A stretch of 64,000 bases of DNA, taken from NCBI GenBank assembly GCA_035549315.1, contig DASZRC010000026.1, positions 988 to 64,987 on the forward strand, given 5' to 3'. Source of the DNA: Patescibacteria group bacterium (lineage in GTDB: Bacteria > Patescibacteriota > Microgenomatia > Levybacterales > GWA1-39-11). Position 1 is the stretch's first letter. Each line of letters begins with the position of its first letter. The notes beneath the pieces are model-generated. The model was given only the letters and a program-made list of their open reading frames with translations, had not been told where the DNA came from and made no database searches. The translations under genes were made by a program, and so were the position numbers. Positions 1 to 8,526 of this stretch are shown here, piece by piece.

Positions 1-753
1 CTCTATGCTTCTTGTTTTTGATAGCATTACAACATTCGGAAGTGAAATCAGCCAATTAATTGCAATTTGGGCAGGTGTAGCACTATATTTCTGAGCCATT
101 TCATCTAGGATGTGCCCCTTTTCTGTAAGTAGCACGCTTTTTTGAAGTGGTCTCCAAGCGATAAACATAACATCATTTTGTTGGCAGTATTCAAGGAGTC
201 CCCTTCTTTGTGCTTCTCTGTATTTAAGGTTAAGATGAAGTTGATTAGCGACAATTTTACTATTTGTATAAGACTGTGCCTCCTTAAGTTCTTCTACATT
301 AAAATTACTTACTCCTACATTTCTAATTAGCCCCTCGTTCATTAATGTGTCCATCGCTCTCATAGTTTCTTTAACTGGAATTTCAGGATTGTATCTATGA
401 GCAAGATATAAATCTAGGTAAGGAGTATCAATTCTTTTAAGACTTTCTTTTGCAGCATGAATCATGTCATCATATGCAAGGTGGTCAGCATGAGCTTTTG
501 AAACAATAAATAATTTAGATCTTTCATATCCCTTAATTGCTCTTCCTACTAAAGTTTCTGCATAACCTTGAGCATAACTTTCTGCCGTATCAATATGGGT
601 GATACCTAAATCTATTGCGGCTTTTATTGCTTGAATATCTGCTTCGTCATCATTATCAGGATTGCGTGTTTCTCGTCCACCCATTTGCCAAGTTCCCAGT
701 CCATAAACGGGTATTTCAAAACCACTTTTTAATTTCTTTGTGGGGATTATCAT
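1..753 (-). CDS. Aldo/keto reductase (3' end outside window; not in ORF track)
   Basis: Manual translation from ATG 753: MIIPTKKLKSGFEIPVYGLGTWQMGG...GITHIDTAESY...LFIVSK...YLDLYLAH...VGVSNF; open to position 1. Confidence 0.9.
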   Translation of the reverse strand, partial: MIIPTKKLKSGFEIPVYGLGTWQMGGRETRNPDNDDEADIQAIKAAIDLGITHIDTAESYAQGYAETLVGRAIKGYERSKLFIVSKAHADHLAYDDMIHAAKESLKRIDTPYLDLYLAHRYNPEIPVKETMRAMDTLMNEGLIRNVGVSNFNVEELKEAQSYTNSKIVANQLHLNLKYREAQRRGLLEYCQQNDVMFIAWRPLQKSVLLTEKGHILDEMAQKYSATPAQIAINWLISLPNVVMLSKTRSIE

Positions 754-886
754 GAGGTAATTATAGCACCAAAAGTACAAAGTATAATCGAGACCTTAAA
801 AACTTTCTAAACTTTATAACTTCTCAAACTATCATTGGGAATTAGAATCCAGTTGTTAATAAATATATAAAAGCTATACTAGGGAT

Positions 887-1768
887 ATGCAACGGAAAAT
901 ACTTGATCACTATCTTGAATATGGGATGTTTACTTATCCAGGACTTTATGAAGATTATTTCAAATCTTTACCAAATAATATTAGGGAGATTGGATACCTT
1001 TTGAGATGGTCTTTTATTCATAGGACTACTTTAGATGCTGGAAATAAATTCACAAATTCTGATTTGAAGTTCGGAGATATGAAAAAAGTACCATGGCACA
1101 GACAGGCTGAGGACGATAATTTAACAACAGCAGTAGCCATAATTGCGGAACTTTTTAGAAGAGATAGTAAAGGACTTACAAAAGAGAGGTTGGTTGAAGA
1201 TAAAGTTGTATTGACTTGCCGTCATATAGCTGTTCTTTTTGCCTCCATCCTAAAAGCCAAGGGAACACCCGTAAGAGTCCGTTCTGGCTTTGCAGGATAC
1301 TGGCCATGGGCAAAAGTAAGTGGAGACCATTGGATCAGCCAATACTGGGATAAGAAAAAAGAACGATGGGTTAATGTGGATATTGATGGGAGCTTCCACG
1401 ATACGGGGTTCGATATGTATGATATTCCCGATGGAAAATTTGAGTTTTCGGCAAACGCTTGGCTTGATGTTAGACAGAATAAAGTAGACGGTAAGCATTT
1501 TTTGAATGGGGACGGAACTCATGGACTAGTTGTTATAGCTTGGGAATTATTCTACGATTTTCATTGTCTTATGAACAATGAAATAATATACCTTCATCAT
1601 CCCCAGATAGCCACATATCAAGCATTCAAAAAACTGACAGAAAGTAAGCTACAGGAAATAGATCAGCTAGCAACCCTTATGCTAAATCCTGATGATAATT
1701 TTGAAAAACTGCAAAAGATTTGGGAAACAAATAAAGAATTTAGACTTCTAAAAGGCGGTTTGTTGTAA
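887..1768 (+). CDS. Transglutaminase-like domain protein
   Basis: CRHIAVLFASILKAKGTPVRVRSGFA...DHW...W..VD gives a Cys-His-Asp triad pattern. Confidence 0.75.
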   Translation: MQRKILDHYLEYGMFTYPGLYEDYFKSLPNNIREIGYLLRWSFIHRTTLDAGNKFTNSDLKFGDMKKVPWHRQAEDDNLTTAVAIIAELFRRDSKGLTKERLVEDKVVLTCRHIAVLFASILKAKGTPVRVRSGFAGYWPWAKVSGDHWISQYWDKKKERWVNVDIDGSFHDTGFDMYDIPDGKFEFSANAWLDVRQNKVDGKHFLNGDGTHGLVVIAWELFYDFHCLMNNEIIYLHHPQIATYQAFKKLTESKLQEIDQLATLMLNPDDNFEKLQKIWETNKEFRLLKGGLL

Positions 1769-1789
1769 ATGACCAAAAGGTATTCCCCG

Positions 1790-1829
1790 GGCGGAGCCAA
1801 GTCGGACTCGGTGACCCATCGTGTGACAG
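1790..1829 (-). pseudogene. Decayed 3' half of a tRNA-Asp(GTC)
   Basis: Reverse complement CTGTCAC-ACGAT-GGGTCAC-CGAGTCC-GAC-TTGGCTCCGCC resembles an Asp anticodon loop, a T-arm missing GGGTT and the acceptor 3' strand; no 5' half. Confidence 0.5.
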
Positions 1830-1861
1830 CACGGAATTACGTAATTCCTGAACTCATAAAA

Positions 1862-1883
1862 CTTCACCGTTTGTTTGGTGAAG
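1862..1883. terminator. Possible terminator hairpin between convergent genes
   Basis: CTTCACC-N8-GGTGAAG stem; no strong U-tract. Confidence 0.3.
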
Positions 1884-1933
1884 ATGTATCAAGGCTAGGA
1901 TTTCAATCTCCATCCCCCCAATAGGTAATAGAA

Positions 1934-2830
1934 CTATGCAGATGCTTTTCCTAGTGTTGCCCAAACGATATTAGAAGTAATTGAACCACGCGCTTCTTCT
2001 AGTTCCATTTCCTTTGTTTCAGACTCTACTACTTTAAGACCAATATCTTGAAGCATATCTGTTTTCAACCATCCTCCAGTTGCTTCAAATAGTGGATTCC
2101 TATCAATAGTTCCTAAATCATTCAACAAAATTAAACCATCTTTGCTCAATTTGCTGGAAATATTTGCTAATGCTAACATTTGTCCACTCATCGGTAAATG
2201 ATACAATACATTTGTGCAATCAACGAAATCATATTCATCATTACCAATGTCTGCAATTGCTATATCCTCCTGAATTAACTTAATGTTTCCTGAATTAACT
2301 TTTTGCCCAAAGGTATGTGGGATTTCTGCTGCATGGATACCAACTCTCATATAGTATTCTGGTGGGAAAGTAATATCAGTATATCCGAAAACCAATCCCT
2401 CTTCCCCTTCATGGAGAACCCTATCTACTTGATGTGTCCATGATAAATAATCTTCCCAACAGCTTTTAGTTGATGGCAATTCCTGCATGCTAATAGAGGT
2501 TAGGTAAAGACTTTTTCTATTTTTAACTTCGGAAATTGCCTCTTCGGAAATATCAACAACCGACATATTGTAGTTCACGCCTTGTGACTCTAGGAATCCA
2601 GAGATAACGAAAGGAGAGTAGGTGCATACTAATGGATTCTCGTCCCCACCTTTATAACCTATTCCAACGAGTAATATGTTGGGAGTTTTATTTATTGGCA
2701 ATACCCTTTCACGCAAAACATCTATTGATTTTTGAGCTCTGCCAAAATTTGTTTCAACTCTGATTGGAGTATCAGCATTTGTTTGGTATTGTTCTCTTGC
2801 TGCGACTAACCAGCCTACTTCAGGTGACAT
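1934..2830 (-). CDS. Class I SAM-dependent methyltransferase-like protein (CheR-like C-terminus)
   Basis: LLVGIG motif I-like, VVDISEEAI, YDFVDCTNVLYHL, LSKDGLILL. Confidence 0.6.
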   Translation of the reverse strand: MSPEVGWLVAAREQYQTNADTPIRVETNFGRAQKSIDVLRERVLPINKTPNILLVGIGYKGGDENPLVCTYSPFVISGFLESQGVNYNMSVVDISEEAISEVKNRKSLYLTSISMQELPSTKSCWEDYLSWTHQVDRVLHEGEEGLVFGYTDITFPPEYYMRVGIHAAEIPHTFGQKVNSGNIKLIQEDIAIADIGNDEYDFVDCTNVLYHLPMSGQMLALANISSKLSKDGLILLNDLGTIDRNPLFEATGGWLKTDMLQDIGLKVVESETKEMELEEARGSITSNIVWATLGKASA

Positions 2831-2930
2831 GCTGGGAATTATATCACAGGCACGAAAGACCCAAAGGTATTCGAATTAATTTAGCCTTAAAATTAGAGCA
2901 GTTTTTAGAAGAGTATAATATTTAGCTTCG

Positions 2931-3346
2931 AGTGACCCCAATGGAATTCCCTTCAGCTCTCCTTCGGCTGCGCTCAGAATCGTTCAGGGTAAACTCAACT
3001 ATTCAAATTTCCTAAGAGGTCTTCAGCAACTTCAGTGCATGTATTTATTCCAATTTTTCCATCAACTAACATTTGTTTCTTTGCGTGAGACCAGCCTTTA
3101 AATTGTTTTTCTCTTTTTGCAGCTTCATATTTGTTTTCATATCTCTCTGCATAAACTAGTTTGAAATCAGAAAACTTTTTAGTAGAAATATTTTGTTTGT
3201 TTTTGTGCTGCGAGAATCTTTGAGAAAGTTGATCAGTAATTCCAACATAAAATGTTTTCTGATCGCAAAGAAGCATATATACAAACCACATGTTAGTTTT
3301 ATACTGTGCTTGCACTGAGCTTGCCGAAGTGACCCCAATGGAATTC
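2931..3346 (-). mobile_element. Putative minimal GIY-YIG element at the tRNA-Glu 3' end
   Basis: 19-bp direct repeat AGTGACCCCAATGGAATTC at 2931-2949 and 3328-3346; internal inverted repeats CTTCGGCTGCGCTCAG (2962-2977) and CTGAGCTTGCCGAAG (3314-3329 region). Confidence 0.6.
2995..3291 (-). CDS. Small GIY-YIG nuclease family protein
   Basis: MWFVYMLLCDQKTFYVGIT...RFSQH...LVYAE...AAKREKQFKGW; start moved to 3291 because the track start (3387) lies inside the tRNA. Confidence 0.9.
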   Translation of the reverse strand: MWFVYMLLCDQKTFYVGITDQLSQRFSQHKNKQNISTKKFSDFKLVYAERYENKYEAAKREKQFKGWSHAKKQMLVDGKIGINTCTEVAEDLLGNLNS

Positions 3347-3401
3347 GAATCCATGTTTTCAGGATGAGAACCTGATGTCCTAACCACTAGACTATGGGGC
3401 C
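3330..3401 (-). tRNA. tRNA-Glu (CTC)
   Basis: GGCCCCATAGTCTAGTGGTTAGGACA-TCAGG-TTCTCAT-CCTGA-AAACATGGATTCGAATTCCAT-TGGGGTCA folds into a cloverleaf; CCA not encoded. Confidence 0.95.
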
Positions 3402-3520
3402 TTAATTAATTTTTCAATCGCCTTCCGGCTCTTTAGAGATTTTAAATAATATTCCCTCTTTTTAGCTTCAGAGTTAGTATTATACGTCTCCTTATATATT
3501 AGCTCAAATGGTCCAATATT
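3392..3520 (-). pseudogene. C-terminal remnant of a GIY-YIG nuclease
   Basis: Translates as NIGPFELIYKETYNTNSEAKKREYYLKSLKSRKAIEKLIKAP*; upstream in-frame stop, no GIY-YIG motif; stop codon lies within the tRNA 5' end. Confidence 0.7.
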
Positions 3521-3576
3521 AAAATTCAAAATTTAAAATTCTAAATAAGAATTAAGAATTAGAAATTAAGAATTAC
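3521..3576. repeat. Imperfect heptamer tandem array, inverted halves
   Basis: AAAATTC AAAATTT AAAATTC TAAATAA GAATTAA GAATTAG AAATTAA GAATTAC. Confidence 0.6.
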
Positions 3577-3691
3577 TTATGTATTTTACCTTAAATTGAG
3601 GCTCGAACTCAAGCTATGTCAAGATAAATAGCAACCACTCTTAATTTCTTTCCCCTCTCTTACACTCCAAATGATATGCTTTTCAATATTT

Positions 3692-5086
3692 ATGAAGACT
3701 GGTAAGAAGATTATTGGGACTTTTGTACCCATCGGTTCACTTTTAAGCAATAAGCTGCCCAAAAATAAAAGAGGAACTTTTGAAGAGGGTCTTATATTTT
3801 TAGATTGGTTAAAAAAGACTAATCAATCTGCATGGCAATTTCTTCCTCTACATGAAACATATCTTAAACCTGGCTCAACAAATAAACATTCTTCCTCTCC
3901 ATATGATGGGTATAGTATAGGGTTTGACCCTATTTATCTCCCAAAATCTTATAAAAATATTACGCCAACAGATAGAGAAAAAAGTAACTTTGTTAAAGAA
4001 AATAAATCATGGATTTTGGATTATGCATTATTCTGCGCATTAAGGGATCATTTTAAAACAGATGATTGGAAAAAGTGGAAAGACAAATTAAGAAACCGTG
4101 ATAGGAGAGAATTAAAGATATGGGAGAAAAAACTAAAAAAAGAAATTAATAAATACATTATTATGCAATGGCAATTAAATAAAGCCTTTATTGAACTAAA
4201 AGCTAAGTCAAAAAAGCTAGGAATAATATTGATCGGCGACATGCCTTTTTATGTATCTAGAAAAAGTCCGTTGGTATGGGCAAACCAAAATGTTTTTAAT
4301 TTGGAAGATGATGGTAGTCTAAATTATGTATCGGGAGTAATTTCTGATGATCCAATGTTTGGTAGACAAGTTTGGGGTCATCCTTTATACAATTGGGATG
4401 ATAAAAAAAGACACAAAGAGATTATAGGTTTTTGGAAGAACAGAGTAGAATATGCCTCAAAATATTTTGACATCGTAAGAATAGATCATGCAATTGCATT
4501 TTTTGATTATGGAAAAATGCACAAAGAAAATGAGGATAAAGATATTCAAAAAAAAGGACCAGGGGAAAAGATTTTTAGAAATATTATTAACTTTGGGCGC
4601 AAACATAACCTTTCATTCTTTGTTGAAGATCAGGGAGACAATGTAGAAGACTTACGTAAAGCAATGAAAAAGTTAAAAGTTCCCGGTATTAAGATTTTGA
4701 GGATGGGAATTTTGGAAAAAGAAAATAAATTTGATGAACAACATTTAAATCCTAAAAAGTATGGGAAAAATACAGTTGCCTATACAACAACACATGATAC
4801 GGAAACTCTTTTGGGTTTCCTATCTATTATTGATGATAAGCAAAAGAGAGCTTTGGTAGAGGCCTCTAACTTACCATACGAAAGGGATGATAATAAATTA
4901 TTAGTTCACCTTAGGAATTCTGTTATTAACTCTCCTGCAAAAACTGTAATTATTCCTATTCAAGATTTTTTAGGAATTAAGGACAGGATAAACGTTCCCG
5001 GCACTACGGAATCAAGTAATAATAAAAATTGGAAGTTTAGAATACCTCTCCCCATAGAAGAATTGCCTACCAATATTTTTAGTTAA
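3692..5086 (+). CDS. malQ: 4-alpha-glucanotransferase (amylomaltase, GH77)
   Basis: WQFLPL, SSPY, IGDMP, QVWGHPLYNW, RIDH, ED, TTTHDTET, RINVPGT...NW; track start 3671. Confidence 0.9.
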   Translation: MKTGKKIIGTFVPIGSLLSNKLPKNKRGTFEEGLIFLDWLKKTNQSAWQFLPLHETYLKPGSTNKHSSSPYDGYSIGFDPIYLPKSYKNITPTDREKSNFVKENKSWILDYALFCALRDHFKTDDWKKWKDKLRNRDRRELKIWEKKLKKEINKYIIMQWQLNKAFIELKAKSKKLGIILIGDMPFYVSRKSPLVWANQNVFNLEDDGSLNYVSGVISDDPMFGRQVWGHPLYNWDDKKRHKEIIGFWKNRVEYASKYFDIVRIDHAIAFFDYGKMHKENEDKDIQKKGPGEKIFRNIINFGRKHNLSFFVEDQGDNVEDLRKAMKKLKVPGIKILRMGILEKENKFDEQHLNPKKYGKNTVAYTTTHDTETLLGFLSIIDDKQKRALVEASNLPYERDDNKLLVHLRNSVINSPAKTVIIPIQDFLGIKDRINVPGTTESSNNKNWKFRIPLPIEELPTNIFS

Positions 5087-5847
5087 GTATTTCCTAACAA
5101 ATTTTGACATACCTTGCAGTAGAAGCTTTTTCTTTTAAACTTTCCGGTAGTTTCCCATGTAACTTTCCCACCACAATTTGGGCAAATACTTTTTCTATAG
5201 ATTTTTAAGTTCTTTTTTAATTCATATTTTTTTCTCAGTTCGCAGAACAGTTTTGAAAAATTTACAGACGTATTAATTAGCTCTTTTATTTTTGCATCCT
5301 CCAGGTTTGAGATTTTTTCCTTAGGGTTTAGTCTTGTTAAAAAAAGAACTTCATTCTTTATTATGTTTCCCACACCTGCAAATATTGTCTGGTCAAGCAA
5401 AACATCATCAATTTCTTCATCCTCCTGATCCTTAATTTGTTGAAACGCTTTGTCCGGATCAAATTTTTTAGACATGATGCTTATTGAATAGTCGTAGTCC
5501 CTTTTCAGATTACTGGTTTCAAATATCTTTATGGAGCAATTAAAAAAAGTTATGTCACCATTATCAAATTCAAATTTAAGCCGGGGAGTTTGAGATTTCT
5601 TATAGTCCCCCGTTATTGACGAGCCGTTAATATTTGCTTCAAATGTTCCGTAGAGTAAGAAATGTATACGCATAGCAAAATCATCAAATTGGAAGACTAG
5701 GTGTTTTCCCCAAGAAAATATATCAATAACTATTTTGTTAGTAAACCTTTCTTTTCCAACTTTTGTGTTTCCGCTAACTATTTTTATTTTCTTACCCTTA
5801 AAAAGGATTAATTGTTCTTCTGCTAAAAATAATGAGGGACCTTCCAT
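5083..5847 (-). CDS. Fpg/Nei family DNA glycosylase (endonuclease VIII-like)
   Basis: EGPS N-terminus, WGKHL, H2TH LLDQTIFAGVGNIIKNEVLF, C-terminal CPNC...CKVCQ zinc finger. Confidence 0.85.
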   Translation of the reverse strand: MEGPSLFLAEEQLILFKGKKIKIVSGNTKVGKERFTNKIVIDIFSWGKHLVFQFDDFAMRIHFLLYGTFEANINGSSITGDYKKSQTPRLKFEFDNGDITFFNCSIKIFETSNLKRDYDYSISIMSKKFDPDKAFQQIKDQEDEEIDDVLLDQTIFAGVGNIIKNEVLFLTRLNPKEKISNLEDAKIKELINTSVNFSKLFCELRKKYELKKNLKIYRKSICPNCGGKVTWETTGKFKRKSFYCKVCQNLLGNT

Positions 5848-5848
5848 T

Positions 5849-6571
5849 TTAAAACATGTTTTTTAGTTCCAGTGCATTTTTTGTTGCGTACCCTCCATTA
5901 TCATTATTGAAAAATGCGAAAACTTCTTTATCTTTGGAATACTTATTTATTTTTTTTGACCAATTCAAAAGTTCTGACTTTGAATAGCCGGAAGAGTATA
6001 AACCTTTTGGTCCATGAAATCTTATGTAGACTAATTTATTCCCCGGGAGTTCTATTTCCGGAAATTTAGATGATTGGGAAATAACAAGTGTCGAATTGTT
6101 TTTGCCGAGTAGTTTTTCTACTTTTTCTACAAACCATCCCTTTTCTCTAAATTCAAAAGCATGTTTTATGTTTTGGGGTAAGATCTCTAAAAAGTATTTT
6201 AGACGTTCAAAGTGCTCCACACTATAAGAGAAGTTAGCTGGAAATTGCCACAAAACAACTTTTAACTTTTCTTGTAGAGGCTTGGCATTTTCAAAAAATA
6301 AACTTACCGAGTCTTCTATGTTTTTAAGTTTTTTGAGCTGTGTTATATATCTATGCCCCTTAATTACAAAGTTAAAATCTTTTGGTGTTTCCAGATACCA
6401 ATTTTGGTAAGTTTTAGGTTTTACTGTAACGTAGAAGCTGTTATTTATTTCAACCGTATTAAAAATGCCAGAATAGTAGGGCAACCATTTTTTTTGAGGT
6501 AAGTCGTCAGGATAAAAGCTACCCTTCCATTCACGGTAGTTATATCCAGATGTGCCAATGTATATTTTCAT
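5849..6571 (-). CDS. DUF72 (YecE-like) protein
   Basis: MKIYIGTSGY..W.G.FYP, TVEINNSFY, LWQFP, AFEFR, YIRFHG, FFNND; track start 6598. Confidence 0.9.
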   Translation of the reverse strand: MKIYIGTSGYNYREWKGSFYPDDLPQKKWLPYYSGIFNTVEINNSFYVTVKPKTYQNWYLETPKDFNFVIKGHRYITQLKKLKNIEDSVSLFFENAKPLQEKLKVVLWQFPANFSYSVEHFERLKYFLEILPQNIKHAFEFREKGWFVEKVEKLLGKNNSTLVISQSSKFPEIELPGNKLVYIRFHGPKGLYSSGYSKSELLNWSKKINKYSKDKEVFAFFNNDNGGYATKNALELKNMF

Positions 6572-6572
6572 G

Positions 6573-7415
6573 TCATCCATTAACAGGATGGCCACCATTT
6601 ATATGTATAGTTTGTCCTGTGATATAGGAGGAATCACTTGATGCTAAAAACAAAAAGCCGGTTGCTACTTCATAGGGCTGGCCGGGTCTACCAAGTGGAG
6701 TATCTTTCCCAAAATCTTTAAGTTTGTCTTGCGGAAAAGTTGAATAAACAAGTGGGGTCCATATAGGTCCTGGAGCAACTGCATTTACTCTTATACCCTT
6801 TTTTGCTAGATTTTGAGATAGCGACCTTGTAAAGCTAACTATTGCCCCCTTGGTAGAAGAATAATCTATAAGTTGTTCCCGCCCTTGGTATGCAACAACA
6901 GAAGCAGTATTTATTATTGAGCTACCGGGTTTTAAATATTTTAATGCTGCTTGAGTCATAAAAAACATAGAAAAAATGTTTGTCCTAAAAGTTTTGATAA
7001 GTTGTTCTTCTGATATCTCTTCTATGTTTTCCTTTGAGTGTTGTTCGCCGGCATTATTAACTACAATATCTAGAGCTTTAAATTTATCAACAGTTTTGCT
7101 AATTGCATCATCGCAGAAATCCTTATTCCCAACATCCCCCTTTATTAAGATGCAGTCAACACCAAGCTTTTCAATTGTTTTTTTTGTTTCCTCCGCATCT
7201 TCATCTGACTCGTTATAAACTATGGAAATTTTTGCTCCTTCTTTTGCAAATAAGATGGCTGTAGCCTTTCCTATTCCGCTATCTCCGCCTGTAACAATCG
7301 CAACTTTACCCAACAACTTTTTTATTTCACGGTAATCAGGATCAACACTAATTGGTTTGGGATTCATATCCAATTCTTTTCCGGGAGATTTTTGTGGTGG
7401 ATTATCTTGATTCAT
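6573..7415 (-). CDS. SDR oxidoreductase (general-stress YhdF/Gsp39-like)
   Basis: TGGDSGIG, VNNAG, YSSTKGAI, VNAVAPGPIWTPL, GRPGQP; track start 7460. Confidence 0.9.
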   Translation of the reverse strand: MNQDNPPQKSPGKELDMNPKPISVDPDYREIKKLLGKVAIVTGGDSGIGKATAILFAKEGAKISIVYNESDEDAEETKKTIEKLGVDCILIKGDVGNKDFCDDAISKTVDKFKALDIVVNNAGEQHSKENIEEISEEQLIKTFRTNIFSMFFMTQAALKYLKPGSSIINTASVVAYQGREQLIDYSSTKGAIVSFTRSLSQNLAKKGIRVNAVAPGPIWTPLVYSTFPQDKLKDFGKDTPLGRPGQPYEVATGFLFLASSDSSYITGQTIHINGGHPVNG

Positions 7416-7416
7416 A

Positions 7417-7635
7417 TTAATTGGTTTGTCCACGTCCGGTAATTTTCTGAAGCTCTTCAATTTTTTCTGCAGCTTGCGCTTTAGTCATACCCTTCACGTC
7501 TGTCTCTACCCCTGCCTCTTGACTCATAGTTTCGATATATGAGATTTGTGCGCCTGTTGCACGCTCTTCGCCTGTTTTCCAATCTTCAGGGTCCTTTCTG
7601 GTATTATCCGGTAATTTATTTGATTGATTTAACAT
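7417..7635 (-). CDS. DUF3072 domain protein
   Basis: KDPEDWKTGEERATGAQISYIETMSQEAG...TKAQAAEKIEELQ..TGRG. Confidence 0.75.
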   Translation of the reverse strand: MLNQSNKLPDNTRKDPEDWKTGEERATGAQISYIETMSQEAGVETDVKGMTKAQAAEKIEELQKITGRGQTN

Positions 7636-7749
7636 AAGTCTAATTTAGACCAACCAAATAATATATTGGTAAAACTTAGGTAAGAATATGACAAAAATGA
7701 ACGAAAGTTATTGTAATAGTAATTAAATTTACCTATACTTGTGATAGAT

Positions 7750-8520
7750 ATGAGGGCAATTTGGTCAGGTTCAATAAATTTTGGATTAGTCAATATTCCG
7801 GTTAGGTTATTTCCGGCTACAGAAGACAAAAATATAGACTTTGACTATTTACATAAAAAAGATTTATCAAGAATTCGTTATGCAAAGTTTTGTGAAAAAG
7901 AAGATAAGGAAGTTGAATACAAGGATATAGTTCGGGGTTTTGAATATCGTGAAGGTGACTATGTAGTTGTAACAGATGAAGATATTAAAAGAGCAAGTCC
8001 GGAAAAAACAGACTCAATCCAAATTTTAAGTTTTGCTAAGGTAGATCAGATTGATACTCAATATTTTGACACGCCATATTATATTGAGCCGGTTAAATCC
8101 GCGCAAAAGGCCTACTATTTATTGTATGAGTCACTTAAAGAGACTAAGACAGTTGGAGTTGCAAGTTTTATCTTAAGAACTCGTGAATCCCTTGCTGTTT
8201 TAAAACCACATTCCAATATGATTATTCTTAACAAGATAAGGTTTAGTGAAGAGATAAGAAGTCATAAGGAATTATCAATTCCTGACAATGAAAGGGTTTC
8301 AAAAGCAGAAATAGAAATGGCAACTTCATTAATTGAGAAATTAACAAAACCTTTTGATCCGGAAGACTACAAGGATACCTATAGAGATAAATTGGAGAAG
8401 TTAATACTTAAGAAAGCAAAGGGAGAAAAACTTCCCGAGCTTAAAAAAGCAAAGCCGCCAGCAGATGTTAAGGATCTTATGTCACTTCTAAAAGAGAGCC
8501 TTAATAATCCATCCGCATAA
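7750..8520 (+). CDS. ku: NHEJ DNA end-binding protein Ku
   Basis: MRAIWSGSINFGLVNIPVRLFPAT, YFDTPYY, FDPEDYKDTY, DLMSLLKESL. Confidence 0.95.
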   Translation: MRAIWSGSINFGLVNIPVRLFPATEDKNIDFDYLHKKDLSRIRYAKFCEKEDKEVEYKDIVRGFEYREGDYVVVTDEDIKRASPEKTDSIQILSFAKVDQIDTQYFDTPYYIEPVKSAQKAYYLLYESLKETKTVGVASFILRTRESLAVLKPHSNMIILNKIRFSEEIRSHKELSIPDNERVSKAEIEMATSLIEKLTKPFDPEDYKDTYRDKLEKLILKKAKGEKLPELKKAKPPADVKDLMSLLKESLNNPSA

Positions 8521-8526
8521 GACCTG

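Noticed and set aside
142-330. 62-aa + strand ORF
   Set aside because: Antisense to the aldo/keto reductase occupying 1-753.
3292-3387. N-terminal extension of the GIY-YIG ORF in the track
   Set aside because: It reads through the tRNA-Glu gene and the inverted repeat; the family-typical start is at 3291.
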